A stretch of 63,997 bases of DNA, the filler included, from Diploschistes diacapsis (Eukaryota), in the NCBI GenBank assembly GCA_023645945.1. It is 4 parts of 4 records of this genome, joined end to end, with 100 filler letters (N's around TTAATTAATTAA, not from the genome) between each part and the next. Parts side by side here need not be neighbours in the genome. Positions count along the whole stretch, not along the records: positions 16,916 to 33,658 come from JALAIB010000486.1; positions 33,759 to 50,500 come from JALAIB010000487.1; 2 more parts are not named here. One strand, given 5' to 3'. The notes beneath the pieces were generated by a model, which did not search any database, was not told where the DNA came from, and saw nothing but the letters and a program-made list of their open reading frames with translations. Position 1 is the stretch's first letter; each line of letters starts with the position of its first letter. Made by a program: the position numbers and the translations under genes. Positions 23,005 to 35,490 of this stretch are shown piece after piece.

Positions 23005-24743
23005 TCAGTGCGTCGCGTGGAAAAATGCGTTGGTCACCAAGCAAGTGATCATGACGCATACGCCGTAAACGGCCAGCACAATGCTCAGCTTTCGAAGAAG
23101 CCCCTTTCTCCAACCCACCGCCTCTGCTCGGCCACCACCTAGCAGATGGTCCTCAGCGCTGTCGTCATCAACCTCGTCATCCTCTTTCACGAGTTTCTGG
23201 TGATGTGGAGAGTCAGGGGAAGATATTTTGTAGTAGAGTAATCCTGGAAGAATGAAGCTAATTGTGGTGCTCCCAGTACTACCAACATAGCCGAGCACAA
23301 CCGCTAAAGAGGACACGGTCATTGCTACAATGTAGCTTAGGATGAGAATAGTGGTAGTGATCACAGCGAAACGAGTATCGTTCATCGGTTCTGCTTTAGG
23401 ATTCTTTTTGGAGGATAGCAGCGGCGCTGAGCCACCCCTCGAGGGTGAACTGTTAGGAGAGTCGGCTCGTCGCCCTGGTCGCCATTTGAGAACAGCGTCG
23501 ACAGATGCTCTGCAGGGATGTAGTTGAAGTGGGTAGGAGAACATCACCATGATCACAATCGCGGCTTTCCCAATGGTAGAAGCGACAGCTGGTGCGTCTG
23601 TAACGATTCAGCATAAAAAGGCATATGGAGGTGCCGCACACGCACACTCTGCTATAATATTGCTCCCGACTAAGTTGCCAAACGAAAGGTATCCTGTAAT
23701 GGCAACTAAGATATACAGGAAGCAAGCCAGACCGTTACTAGCCAAAACCACACCTGTAGTGCGGAAATACGAATTGTTGTTGATTTCATTGAGGATCGAG
23801 AACATCTGGGGAGCAGTAAGCGACCAGGGCATGTAGAGTAGGGAAACGGTACATGCATTTTGATGACAGGTATAGGCAAAGACAATCACCGGGAAACTAC
23901 TTAGCGCGGGAATAGCCCCACCCCAATGAATGACTCTCAGTTCACCGTTGCCACGATCAGTATCCCCTTTGATGAAGTGCGCGAGGACTAGTATAACTAG
24001 ATAGGCAATTGAAACCAGAGCGATGAAACTAGTGTACTTCAAAGAATCAAGACGCCGAAGGAAGGATATCGGAATGATAATAAGCCTGCATTTTATGAGC
24101 ATTTCCCGGCAACCTTCAATTGCCAAATACGCACATGAAGGCAGTGATCCAAAAATGTCTATCAAGGAGAAATGGTAACGCCCCGTGCTCTTTACCAAAG
24201 GCTTGAACAACGCCTGGCATGAGATCTCCTATAATGATAAGGTAGCTGACACCAACACCAAAGCATTTAATCGCTATCGCAGCATCAAAGAAGAAGGCCG
24301 CCGCGGGGTATGTCATCTGGGAAAAAGCGAAGAAGGACGCCGATCCTCTGTCCAGATACCTCGCGCAGCGAGTTTGCAGGTAAAGACCCAATCCAGACGT
24401 TATACCAGACCAGACGATTACCAAAACCCCAAGAACTATGCCCATGTGTGACATGGCTTGTGGCATTGCGAGGACACCGGCCCCAACAACTACGACTCGG
24501 TTAGAAGCTTCCGTTTCCAAGACACATTCTCCTCACTCGTGTTGACAAGGTTGATAACGCTGCTAATCCAGCTCGCTTGCCCAACGATACCGATATCTTT
24601 GCCATGGCGCCTGGAGAAGCATGAGTTGAAGCTCGATGGTGCTGTGCACGGCAGACTTGCCTTCCAGCTCTTGTTGCCGGATTTGCGCTTTTTGGCCGAC
24701 CCATGTGGTTTTCCACGTCTCTATTTATTGAGGAGTAAGCCAT
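23005..24743 (-). CDS. Vacuolar amino-acid transporter, AVT5/6/7-like (Aa_trans), multi-exon
   Basis: GQASWISSVINLVNT-VGAGVLAMP, AIAIKCFGVGVSYLIIIGD, RRLDSLKYTS, FAYTCHQN-MFSILNE, FSYPLQLHPCR, GSTGSTTISFILPG. Confidence 0.94.
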
Positions 24744-25392
24744 TATGGCATGGCCGATGATTTGATGCTGATGCCAAAGTATCAAATATTAATGGTCAAC
24801 CAATGGCAATAACATCGTTGTGTCTCTCGAGGTTGAGGAATGCCTTCAGGGCCGTTAGGAATGCTCCCCAACGGGTGACGTTACGGAAAATAGTCCAAAA
24901 CTGTTAAACTTGGCACGCGTGACGTGCTTTCCTCAGACCAATCAGCTCTGACTAAGCCCGGTCTGGCAAAACGTGGCAAAACAAGCATTTATATCACGTG
25001 TGCGGGTACTAGGGTCACAGCTCTACTAGCAGTTAGAAATGTAACAGCACAAACCTTGTAGAAAGCAATGAAACAGCAATAAGAATAGAATAAATATTTT
25101 AAATAATCTCGTGCGCACAGATTCAACCCCATCACTTAATTGATTGAATATACTTGAAAATGAATACAAACTCCGGCCTGGTGATTGACTAATAAACATT
25201 GCTAGATTCGGCGCTGAAGATTAAATAACTAAGCTTCTGGTTGTGATTGTTCAATGCTCTGTACTGTACTGGCCTCCGAGTTATGTACCAATTGCGGCTA
25301 CCGAGCCAGGAAGGTACCGCAAGCTCCATAGACTATACTAAACATAGCACACTCATATTCAAATGAGTCTGGTGTATTAGAGGCAAAATAGT

Positions 25393-26088
25393 ATGGAGCC
25401 CAATCACGATGACATCGCCGGAGAAATAGTCGCAGATCTTGAACATCGTGTAAAACGACTAGAGTTCTACTTGACCGGGGCATTGGAGCTCGACGATGTA
25501 GCCAAGGATGCCAGTCTCAGGCCAAGTCTCTCCACTAGATTGAAGACCATAGCGGAAACCATCAATAAGGCAGCTTCCCAGCGTCGAGCCGTGAGCGGCA
25601 TGCTACAATTGTGTACGTTGAGGATTTAACTCCCATATTCTATGCTGATGACGGGAGACATTGACTTCCCGGAGCTGTTTCCGAGCGATACGCTGACGCC
25701 GTCTGATCTGTCTGCGGACGACCAGGAGCACGAGGACGAAACGACCCTTAAACAGCAGCTTACCGTCGTCGATGCTTGCGCTACCATGTTCCCCTCTGCA
25801 GTATCCCGCCTGAACCTTCTGAAAGACTCGCCAATGCCACCCTCGCACACCACGGCGTCTCTGTTATCGCTAAAGCCGCGACTGAACAGGGCAGAAATGG
25901 TCCAAGATTCACTCGCAGCCGACTTGGCAGAGCTCAGACTCAGAACTGTTCTGCTGCTGCAGAGGTGGGTCAAAGTGGGAATCCAAGCTGCCGGACACTG
26001 CTGGGCAGATTGGGAGGAGAGACTGCTGGATGTTGAGAGACTTGTCCGACGAACGGAACGTGCTAAGGCGCAGGAGGAGCAGGATTGA
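25393..26088 (+). CDS. ro-10: Dynactin p24-like nuclear distribution protein (RO10-like)
   Basis: LEHRVKRLEFYLTG, FPSAVSRLNLLKDSPMP, LAELRLRT..LLQRW, CWADWEERL; one 45-nt intron 25613-25657. Confidence 0.8.
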
Positions 26089-26500
26089 TCGTCTTCGTTT
26101 GTATATAATTGAGACCAAGGGCCCAATGGGGTCGCATGGTAGTAAAAGCTCGAGGTTCTAATCCGTCCGAGGTTGGTTGCGGCGGCTCCTTAGCAGCTGG
26201 TCTGAAACGTTGAATTTCGGTTTCCTCAAACGCGAGTCTGGGAGTGATAGATACACTCGTTTTGCACTGCAATACATTCAAAATCTCTGCACCGTACACC
26301 ATGATCGCGAATGAGAGTTCGGGATATTCTGATAATTACCGAGACCATAGTTATAAGGATTAGCAAGTCTCGGATTTGAGTTCTAGACTCAGTAAAAGAA
26401 GGCCGCCACAAAGCGGCCTTGCCGTACAAAAGAACTCTTACACTCCTTAAGCGAAAAGGGCTCGTGGAAAGCTCAAGAAACTAGAACGCTAGATGTGGCT

Positions 26501-27894
26501 TCAGCCGTGCACCTCTCCATTGGTCTCATCCACAACGCTTTGCTCCCTTTGCATCCGCGCTTCAATCTCCTTGAGTTGGCTCTCACGAGCGAGAAGCTCT
26601 TGCCTTTTCTCATTGATCTCGCGCTGTATCTTGACCTCAATGTCACGTAGCTTCTCCTCTTCACGGCGCAGTTGCTCCTCCTTCAAACGAACAGATTGAG
26701 ACGCCAAGTCCTCGGGGTTCATCGAGGAGTCCCTAGGTAAAGCATCAGCATGGTTCAAATTGATGAAAGGGTCGACCCACATTCCAGCGCCACCATCGAC
26801 ATTCTTGCTAAGCTTGTCAGTTCGATAGTTTTCATACAAGAAGTCGGTCGTGATTTCCTTGAGGTCTGCAAGGTGACTGTCAAGTAAAGCACTCCGCAAG
26901 GCCAGAAAATCAGAATGTCGCGGGTTGTCAACCTCCACAACGCCCCACGGGTATTGTCGAGCTCTAACCTTACGGCCTCCAATATCTACAATCTCCTCGG
27001 ACCCAACGATAGCGAAAGGCATGAGGCCACGCAACTCTGCGTTTTCTTCAACAGTATCCTCATCATCCTCTTCGACATCGTAAGGAAAGTTGTAGACTGG
27101 GATGCGGTAATGCTCAATATCTTCCATAACCAGCTTCTTCGATTCGGCGAGTTCAGAGGGTGTGAGCGAATCTGCCTTTCCAATCACCGGAATGACATTG
27201 ACGCGGGGCGAAAGGCGTTTCATGAGCTCGATATCGAGTTCTCGTAGTCTGCATGAATCAGCACGAGATCACGTGAAGGTAATGGGCAAAGCATAGTTAC
27301 CCGTGACCTGTAGGCGTAATGAAATAGAGTAAGACGTGGACTCGGTTATCCTTGAAGCGTGTGTTACGCTTAATTCTTGACTCTTCAGCAAGGATATTGT
27401 CGTATTCTCGCTCGAGATATTCGACTATCTCCGAAAAGCTTTGGCATGTCAGCAAGTGCCAAGTGAACTTGCCGCACTCTTCAGATTACCTTGCCTCATT
27501 GTTGATCAAATCACCAAAGCCCGGTGTGTCGACAATGGTGAGCGAGATCCGGGTACCTTCCTCGTCAAGTTCAAGGTCTAGGAAGTCTCAGTTCTGGCAT
27601 TGTAGTTCTTGGTTCAGGGAACGGACCAACGGTGACAGGCTTGATCTTGACACCTTCTGCGAGATGAGCATTGGCCGCATCATCAGAATCCTTGCTCTTC
27701 AGCACTTTTTTGCCGCATAGTGTGTTGACGAATGTGGTGCGCCCCGTCCCGGAAGCACCGCACACCATCAGACAAAACTGAATTCCTTTCTTAAACTTCT
27801 GCTTTCTTCGCATCTTGATCTGAATATTTGCTCGTTCAGCGGTTGCAAGGGGCGCAAAGGACTTGGTAGAACTTACAGCATTGAGAGAAGACAT
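26501..27894 (-). CDS. CDC11: Septin, Cdc11/AspA group, multi-exon
   Basis: KKGIQFCLMVCGASGTGRTTFVNTL, IVDTPGFGD, VIPVIGKADSL, RQYPWG, C-terminal coiled coil. Confidence 0.95.
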
Positions 27895-28399
27895 TGCGAT
27901 AGCGAGAGGCTACAAAGTGTTTTGTGGTAGAAGACTATTCTGAAATGGAGACAAAACGGAAGCGTTTTAATGACTTTAAAGGGGTTCGGCGAATTCTGGG
28001 GTAAATCGTAAAATTATGCTGAAAGATTACCAGTGAAGCTCAACCTTGAAGAGCTTTAAGTTCCCGCGCTTGGTCTAACTCGAACCAGTAAAGCGTGTCA
28101 TACAAGGGATCAGGAGCCATCATGTGATTGTGAGATTGGGACAGAGACATTAGATACCGTGACATGATATAGTATTTTGGTACTTTTGGACATGCGCCAA
28201 AAAGACAGGCAACAGTCAACAGTCCTTGAAGTATCATTCTGTAGCCTCATTGCTTGGTTTTGGTTGTCGCAAAGGCAATCATGATTACAGTCGATAATTA
28301 ATTAAGTGCCCTGGTTTGGTATTAAACCCCCGGAATTGACTGCTTGGGTAGTCACCGCAAAGTTCTACTGATTCATTGGCCAAGACCCCTATTATAAGA

Positions 28400-29778
28400 A
28401 TGAATACTCGACAGCTCATAAACGAGCTTAGTGGGCCTGTCTCCTTGTCCGTATCTTACAATTCCAATTGCACATGCTTTGCGGTAGGGCTAGACACAGG
28501 GTTCTGTAGTATGTGCTCACTCACCACGATTGATTCCAAGTCCGCTTGTACTATTGTTTCATAGTCTTCAATACCGAGTCATGCGAGCTAGAGACCGCAC
28601 GAGGTAAGGAAGGACACGTTTTCCATTGAAGAACAGGGATGTACTAAGTTGACTGTAAGATTTCAATGCTGGCATCGGCACTGCCGAAATGCTCGATCGT
28701 ACGAACTATGTGGCCCTTGTTGGCGGCGGCAGGAAGCCCAAGTTCCCCCCAAACAAGGTGCGCAAGCATGTCACGCCTCTGCTTATCGACGACACATTGA
28801 AAAGACTCTAGGTGGTCCTCTGGGACGATGGCAAGCAAAAAGTAACAATCACTCTTGAACTTCTTACACAGGTCCATGGAGTCAGACTTTCTCGCTCAAA
28901 CATCGTCATTGTTCTGCTGAACAGTGTCCACATATACGAGTTTTGTTCGCCTCCAAGGAAACTATTCGTCTTCGAGACCGCGGACAACCTTGCAGGACTT
29001 TGCTGTCTGGGCTCGAAAATAGTGGCATTTCCAGGACAGACATCGGGCAAAGTCCAGATCGTCGAACTAGGCACTGGGAATATCAGTATAATCCCAGCCC
29101 ATGAGACCTCTCTGCGGGCAATGGACCTGACCTCTGACGGCGAGTTGCTAGCGACTGCTAGCGGAAAGGTGAATCTCTCTGCACATGGAAGTGATGAAAT
29201 CCAGGCCTTCTCACTAAGAATACCTCTAGGGAACCCTTGTCAAAATATTCTCGACTGGAAATTGTGCAAAGATAGCGGAGTTGAGACGTGGCATTGACCA
29301 TGCACGCATCTTTTCGATTAGATTTTCACCTGACAACAGGTATCTAGCCGCAACATCAGACAAGTCCACACTGCACGTTTTTGATGTACTCCATCCAGTA
29401 GCGTCAAGCCCGGCTGTCTTGTCAGACAATGCGAACGAACAGGACTCAAATCATAGTCAGAAGTGGGGCATTTTAGGTAGAATACCGTTCATGCCCAGAG
29501 CTTTCTCTGATGTGTACTCATTTGCATCGGCCCACTTTGAAAGCAACGATGGTCTAGCATCCTTTCCGGCAAGTAGCTTATCGACGACAACACAAACTGT
29601 GCCCGGAGTTCCGGGTGGCCGAGCTTCGAAGGGTGTTATTGGATGGCTCAATGAACTAACAATAGTCGTCATTGGGGCGGGTAGGGACGGAAGGTGGGAG
29701 AGGTTTGTGATCGTTGCGGGAGATGATGGTAAAAGGTATTGTCTTAGGGATGGCTGGAAGCGTTTTCTTGGACGGTAG
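28400..29778 (+). CDS. HSV2: PROPPIN WD40 protein Hsv2 (SVP1-like 2), multi-exon
   Basis: MNTRQ start, [36 protein letters not shown] phosphoinositide motif, [19 protein letters not shown]. Confidence 0.92.
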
Positions 29779-29928
29779 AGTAATATTAGTGATTCTTCAA
29801 TCTCCTAGAAGAGTTTTGGAGCTGCTATTAAAGGTCAAGCACCAAGATAGACGCTCCACCAGGCGTTAAAATCAATCAGGCGTAAGCCCCAGGACTGGCT
29901 AAATATAGCTTCTGTCCCTAAGGGTATC

Positions 29929-30628
29929 TCAAGTGCGCTGCTGACGTGTGTGATTCTCATGGTGCCTGTCCTTGCTTCGTCTTCTCTGTTTACCTCGCTT
30001 TTCATGCCTCTCCTCTTCACGCCGTGCAAGGTAATCTTTCATGGGGTCTTCATCGTCATACCGGTCTTCAATGGCCATAACATCCTTTGTCTGGCGACTT
30101 CTGTGATGTTTTCTCGATTGACCATCCCCTTCGATGTGGCGGCGGTGGTGATGGCGGTGACGCTTCTTTTCGCCATCCACATGAACCTCATCTGGCAACC
30201 CGACAGAGACGTAGAACTCTTCATCATTCTCATCGTCTCGCTTCTTGTACCTTGTATGATCTACCCGCAGAGTTCGGCCTAGGACCGCCGCACCACCCAG
30301 ATTATCTACTGCGAGGTCTGTGCTTCGTTGGTCCTCATATTTCAGAAATGCAAACCCTTTACTTTTCCCAGTTTCCTTGTCTCGCACGAGCTTCAACCAA
30401 ACAGGTTCGCCAAATTGAGAGAAAATCGAGACAATATCCCCTTCGGTAAGATCGAAGGAAATACCGCCGATGTAAATATAAGCAGTATCTCGATAATCAG
30501 TGTGCCATGATGCCGAGGATGGCCTTAACAAGGTTTAGCTTTCTGTGGCCCAGAAGGTGAAAAGGAACTTACACGCAATTCTCCAGCTCACGCTTATTTA
30601 GTGTTTGTATCTCTCTTACTGTATTCAT
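29929..30628 (-). CDS. IST3: U2 snRNP/RES complex RRM protein Ist3 (Snu17/RBMX2)
   Basis: MNTVREIQTLNKRELE exon, then SWHTDYRDTAYIYIGG, GKSKGFAFLKYEDQRSTDLAVDNL, RVDHTRY. Confidence 0.94.
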
Positions 30629-31223
30629 GATGATTACGCAACTGGGGTTTGCCCAACAAAAGAAACCGACCGTGAGCTAGGGAATCTTATATTCTTTCCC
30701 CACAAGGCCGTAGCTTATTGCCGTATAGTCATAGACCCTAGCATGATGCTGAATATTGAGATTTATGATTCATGTCAAAGTAGTGAGGACTTCGTGGTTC
30801 AGGAGTCCAGTTGACTAGTGGGCTTGATTATAGCCTTAAAACTGTGTTATGAGTGTAGCATTTCCCAGTGAATAGGGGATCACTTGTTTCGAAGGAGATG
30901 CAAGTTTTTAATTATGCTGTGGACTGATTGTTCAGTATGAGTAAGACAAAATTTTAAACCTATCGTTTAGTTAGGCAAGGGCTTATTGACTCTCTTTAGG
31001 CGAGCTAAACGCGTTCAAATGATTTCAAACACTAAGTGGTAACAGAGCGAATTGGCTCGACCATGTTTGGAATTAGTCGAATGGATATAGGTTATGGTCC
31101 GAGCCTTCAAGGAATATTGAAAATATCGTTCACCTTCAAAGACAACCTGGGCTGGCACCATGTGCGAGATAGCTAAATGCATAACAATATCTTCATTTCA
31201 CTGTGCTTGACAATCCACCAGCG

Positions 31224-33035
31224 ATGAATTATCCTCAACCATTCCCCTCTTCTAAGAAGCCACCAAATGCTTTCCGAACGCAAGTAGACCAGAATGACAA
31301 AAACACGTGGTCAGCACTATTAGATAGTGTAGCAAGCGGGAAGCGGTTACCAGAGAAGAGAGTAGTCGTGTTAGGTACGTCGAGCTTTCTACTTCGTCCT
31401 AAGCAGGCCTAACAAAGGACAGGAGGCTCTTCAAACATACAGAAGGATTTTGTACGAGTTCTCGGCTCGGACTCGTTAAAGATAACATCGGACCGTCAAA
31501 AGAAACGACCACCGATCGCCAATGAATTTGCTCTTGGTTATACATACCAAGACGTATTAGATGTGGACCACGAAGGTAGACGATGATCATGGGGCTTTTT
31601 TATCTCGTCACTCACTCTTTTTACAGATATTCTGGCAAGGTTGTCTATCTATACCTTGCAGGACTCAGCTCCTGCGTTCGCTCCACTGTTACAATCGCTT
31701 CTGACTCCCGCCGTTATCCCCGAGAGTCTTTTGGTTATTTTATTGGACTGGTCTCACCCGTGGTCATGGGCCAGGCAGATCCGGGACTGGATCCAACTTC
31801 TCCATCGGGTGCTTTCGACACTTGATGACGGCTCAAAGACCATCATGCAGGAGGTTATGCAAGACTGGCAGCAGAGAAGGAGAGGCGGAGCCTACGACAC
31901 TGGTGGTGCAAGCACGAATGCTGATATGAATGTTAACGTGCCTCTGGGTCCGGGTGAATGGGACGAAGCGCTAGGGTTGCCCTTGTGTGTAGTCTGTCAT
32001 AACGTGCGTGCCCACATATTTAGACCATCGGAAGCTCACTATAGTAGTCCGAGCAAATTGATGTTTTGGAAAGGGAACATGGTTGGCGCGAGGAGGATTT
32101 CGACTACGTCCTGCAATTTTTGCGAACCATTCTTTTGAAGCGTAAGTCGTCTGGTCTATGTTATGCGAATTTTTGTCTGATTTAGCCTAGATGGCGCGTC
32201 TTTGATATACACCTCTAGCTCGATGCCAAATTCTCTTCCACTCTTGGTGCAGTCCAGTCTCGGCATTCATTCGATTCTGAAGCGTCAACTACTGAAACAT
32301 AATGTAGTTGATCGTGAAAAAGTTCTCATTCCCCCGAATTGGGATTCATGGGGGAAAATCAGAGTCCTAAGGGACGGCTTCGATGTGGAGAGCATTAGTT
32401 CGGGATGGGGCCTAGAAATCCAACCAAGCGAAACGAAAGCAAATGGTGCAAACGTATCTACCACGGAGCCCTTAACTAAGCAACATGATGGAGAATCAAT
32501 AGCGAACGGCCCTGTGGCGGACTTCGAGAACACTATTCAAGTCCCCAGCTCGAATAAGCCTAAAATTGAGCTTTCGCCCATGCAAAGCGGCGTGGAAGTC
32601 GATACAATGGGAATGCAAGATTTTCTTGCCAAGCAAGCCGATGCCATAGAACGCCTTAAAGTCGAAGAGGAGCAGGCAGCCAAGGACGTCGGCAGAGAAG
32701 CCGCCAACAACTATTCAGACATCTCCCTAGGAAGCAACTTCATCATCGAAGACACAAGCCGTGTGAAAGAGCATGTGGGGCCGATTCAATTCAACATGGG
32801 AGGTATCCAGCTTGATGCAGAAGACATGCTCAATCGAATTAAAGATCGTGGCAGCAAAGACGAGGTACCTCAAAGCCCGCAAAAGGAGAGGGCTTCGATG
32901 CTATCACCTGGGGTCAACGAGCAAGGCAAACCTCGACAAGAGGCTCTGGCTTCTTTCTTCGCGGGTCTTATTAAGAAAAGCGGAGGAAGTGCTCCTAGCA
33001 CGCCACCGCCGAAAGATAAATCAAGGATAGGGTAG
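31224..33035 (+). CDS. nudN: Cytoplasmic dynein light intermediate chain, multi-exon
   Basis: WSALLDSVASGKRLPEK, ANEFALGYTYQDV, LLDWSHPW, GEWDEALGLPLCVVC, IPPNWDSWGKIRVLRDGF, QFNMGGIQ, LASFFAGL. Confidence 0.92.
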
Positions 33036-33614
33036 CGACGGGCTTTTACTACGGCCTTTTCCTCGCGAAACAGATTTAAGAGGTGTTAACTGATAGCTAC
33101 CTGGAGACGACCCTTGACTGTCCAATAGTTTTGCTCACTGATGAAGAGGAGGGTCCCGTTGAAAACATAGGAAACTCGGCTTTCACAAGGGTATGCTTCC
33201 GCCTACGCGCGTGCTTGAGTTTATAGAGGGGCACAGAGACGAATATCTGTCAGCGAGGTATGAGCATGATTGTGCCTCTGGCTGGTCATCAATACCATAT
33301 CGTAAAGAGATCTTAGCAGCTTCACGTTTGTGACAGGCTGCAATGACTATAGGAAGGTCGCTACTAGAGTGCTTGCGCGCATGGCATAAAGTGATTGACC
33401 CAGCGACTCGAACTTGCTTCTAGTGCACACAGCTCTCGACGCGGCTACTCAGAATGATTTCTGGCTGACGCTAGTCCACTGGAGCCTGGCAAATCTAGAT
33501 TTATATAATGCGGCACTTTGATTGATCAGCGAAACCCTCTTGAACAGTGGATTCCGAGTGCAGAAACCCGTTCCACAGAACAACCTTGCTCCTCCGCCTC
33601 GGAGAAAACAAAGC

Positions 33615-33919
33615 ATGGTACATGACAGTCTTGCACCACCCCTCTCCCCCACCAACCCNNNNNNNNNNNNNNNNNNNNNNNNNNNNNNNNNNNNNNNNNN
33701 NNTTAATTAATTAANNNNNNNNNNNNNNNNNNNNNNNNNNNNNNNNNNNNNNNNNNNNCCCCCAAAAAAGCACTAGCTAACCGACCGCCCGAAACCGCCC
33801 TTTCTTCAATACTCAACCAGGCGCACGATGCGTCGCCGCTGAGAAAGGAGATGGGGCGCCATGATGTGGAGGGCTGGGAGATGGTGATGGGTTGGGAGGC
33901 TGTGGAGGGGAGGTTGTAA
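33615..33919 (+). CDS. Probable gene interrupted by the assembly gap (only the ends are visible)
   Basis: ATG at 33615 is open into the gap; after the gap an open frame (..ALSSILNQAHDASPLRKEMGRHDVEGWEMVMGWEAVEGRL) ends at TAA 33917-33919. Confidence 0.35.
33659..33758. other. Assembly gap with artificial linker
   Basis: N-run / TTAATTAATTAA / N-run, 100 nt. Confidence 0.98.
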
Positions 33920-35490
33920 GGGAAATGGACCAACGAAGTTCTCTATTGACTCAGTTATTTGTGAATAAAGTCTTACGCGTCATGATTCATGATTCATACA
34001 AATCGGTAGACTGAAATTGTCTGTCTGCGCCGAAGCATTTGGGGGTTTCTAACACCTTTTCAGAACATGAGCAGTGCTTTGGGAGTATGAGGTGCATGGT
34101 CAGTATAACGACATTGAGATTTTACAATACTTTAAACAAGCAAAAAACTTTGAATCCAACAAAGGGAAACACGAATTCTTTCTCCCAACTTGGTCCTATA
34201 CCTCCATGTGATTGCCCTGCAGGTTGTGATTCATGGTTTTTTTGGTATAAGAAAGCTATATAGTAAGCATATAGACATCGCCGAAGCGACACATGGCAAT
34301 TGCTCAAGTATGAACTAGCCTTGCCCTCAATTGCTTCTCGAAAATAAGTTATTCCACTGCAAAGCACACCTCACTATAATATGTTGTACTGAGGACCTCT
34401 TGCAGCCTAAACGTGTATCTATATTGTTGCCGGTCTGGCGAGCCAAGAATTGAGTAAGCCCGGATATCTCGTAAGATTCACAACCACCATTGCAACAACA
34501 ACAACAATGTCTTTCTATACTGTTAGGGAAGCTGTCGAGCTTCACTATATTAAATAGCTAACAAAGGCGTTTGAGGCTTTGGAGAACCTGCTGTCGTATT
34601 GAGACGCCGGAATATCTTCATATTGCAAGAAAAGAAGACTCTTCACTGCTATGCTCTTGGCGCGGCAATCTCTTTCTCGTTGGAGACGCTCCTCGAGAGC
34701 ATGGATCACGCATCTGAAAGAACAAACAATGTTGGCGGTTGAAGCTCATGCCCCTGGAACGTTTGCAAGAGCATGCTTTGGTTGGTCTAGAGGTCCTTAG
34801 CTGAAGTGTCTTTTACCTGCAGAACGTACCTCCCAGTAGGTGCTTCGACCATTGGCTCACTGGACCATTATCTGGCTTGCTGGAACGGTAGCGGCGTGGT
34901 AGTGACAGTGAACAAGCGCTTGATTTCTTCCCTATCTGGTTTTTCTTCTTTTTTGAAAGTATGTTAAAAGCTACTGGGGCAAAGAAAAGCTTAACGGATA
35001 TGTCTTCAGGTATACCCGCTCTGTTAGGCTTGAGTTCCTCAAGCAGCTTGCACGGAACCATTTAGAGTTGTTGCGTGTATGCTGCTTTCCCGAACCCCAT
35101 CTTTGAATACGGTACCTGAAGGATAGGGAAAGGCACGAAGACCTTGTATCTGGCTGTTGAGCTTTGGATCATCCCAGCCTGGCATGCCCTGCCAATGGAT
35201 TGTGGAAGTTCTATGTATGTTTTTAACCGGTTTCATTGCTATGGCCTTTGAGGGGATCATCTTTATTCCTAATATTAAATCCCGGTTGGTTGTGTCTCTG
35301 CGAACTAATCACAGTTCCCTACTATCCTCGACTTCCCGTACATGTTTCCTCAGCATCTCTGCTTCATCTGTCGTCAGCCTGCTCCTTTATTTGTCCACCT
35401 GCAATCCTTCTTTATATCTCTCAGCCGCTATTATCCGGCCCATCTTTCCACTGTGCTGAACGCAGATTCCTCATAAATCGGATATCTAAC

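Noticed and set aside
35236..35490. Hydrophobic 85-aa extension of the chimera ORF
   Set aside because: Non-ATG start and pyrimidine-rich, UTR-like sequence; the first in-frame ATG is 35491.
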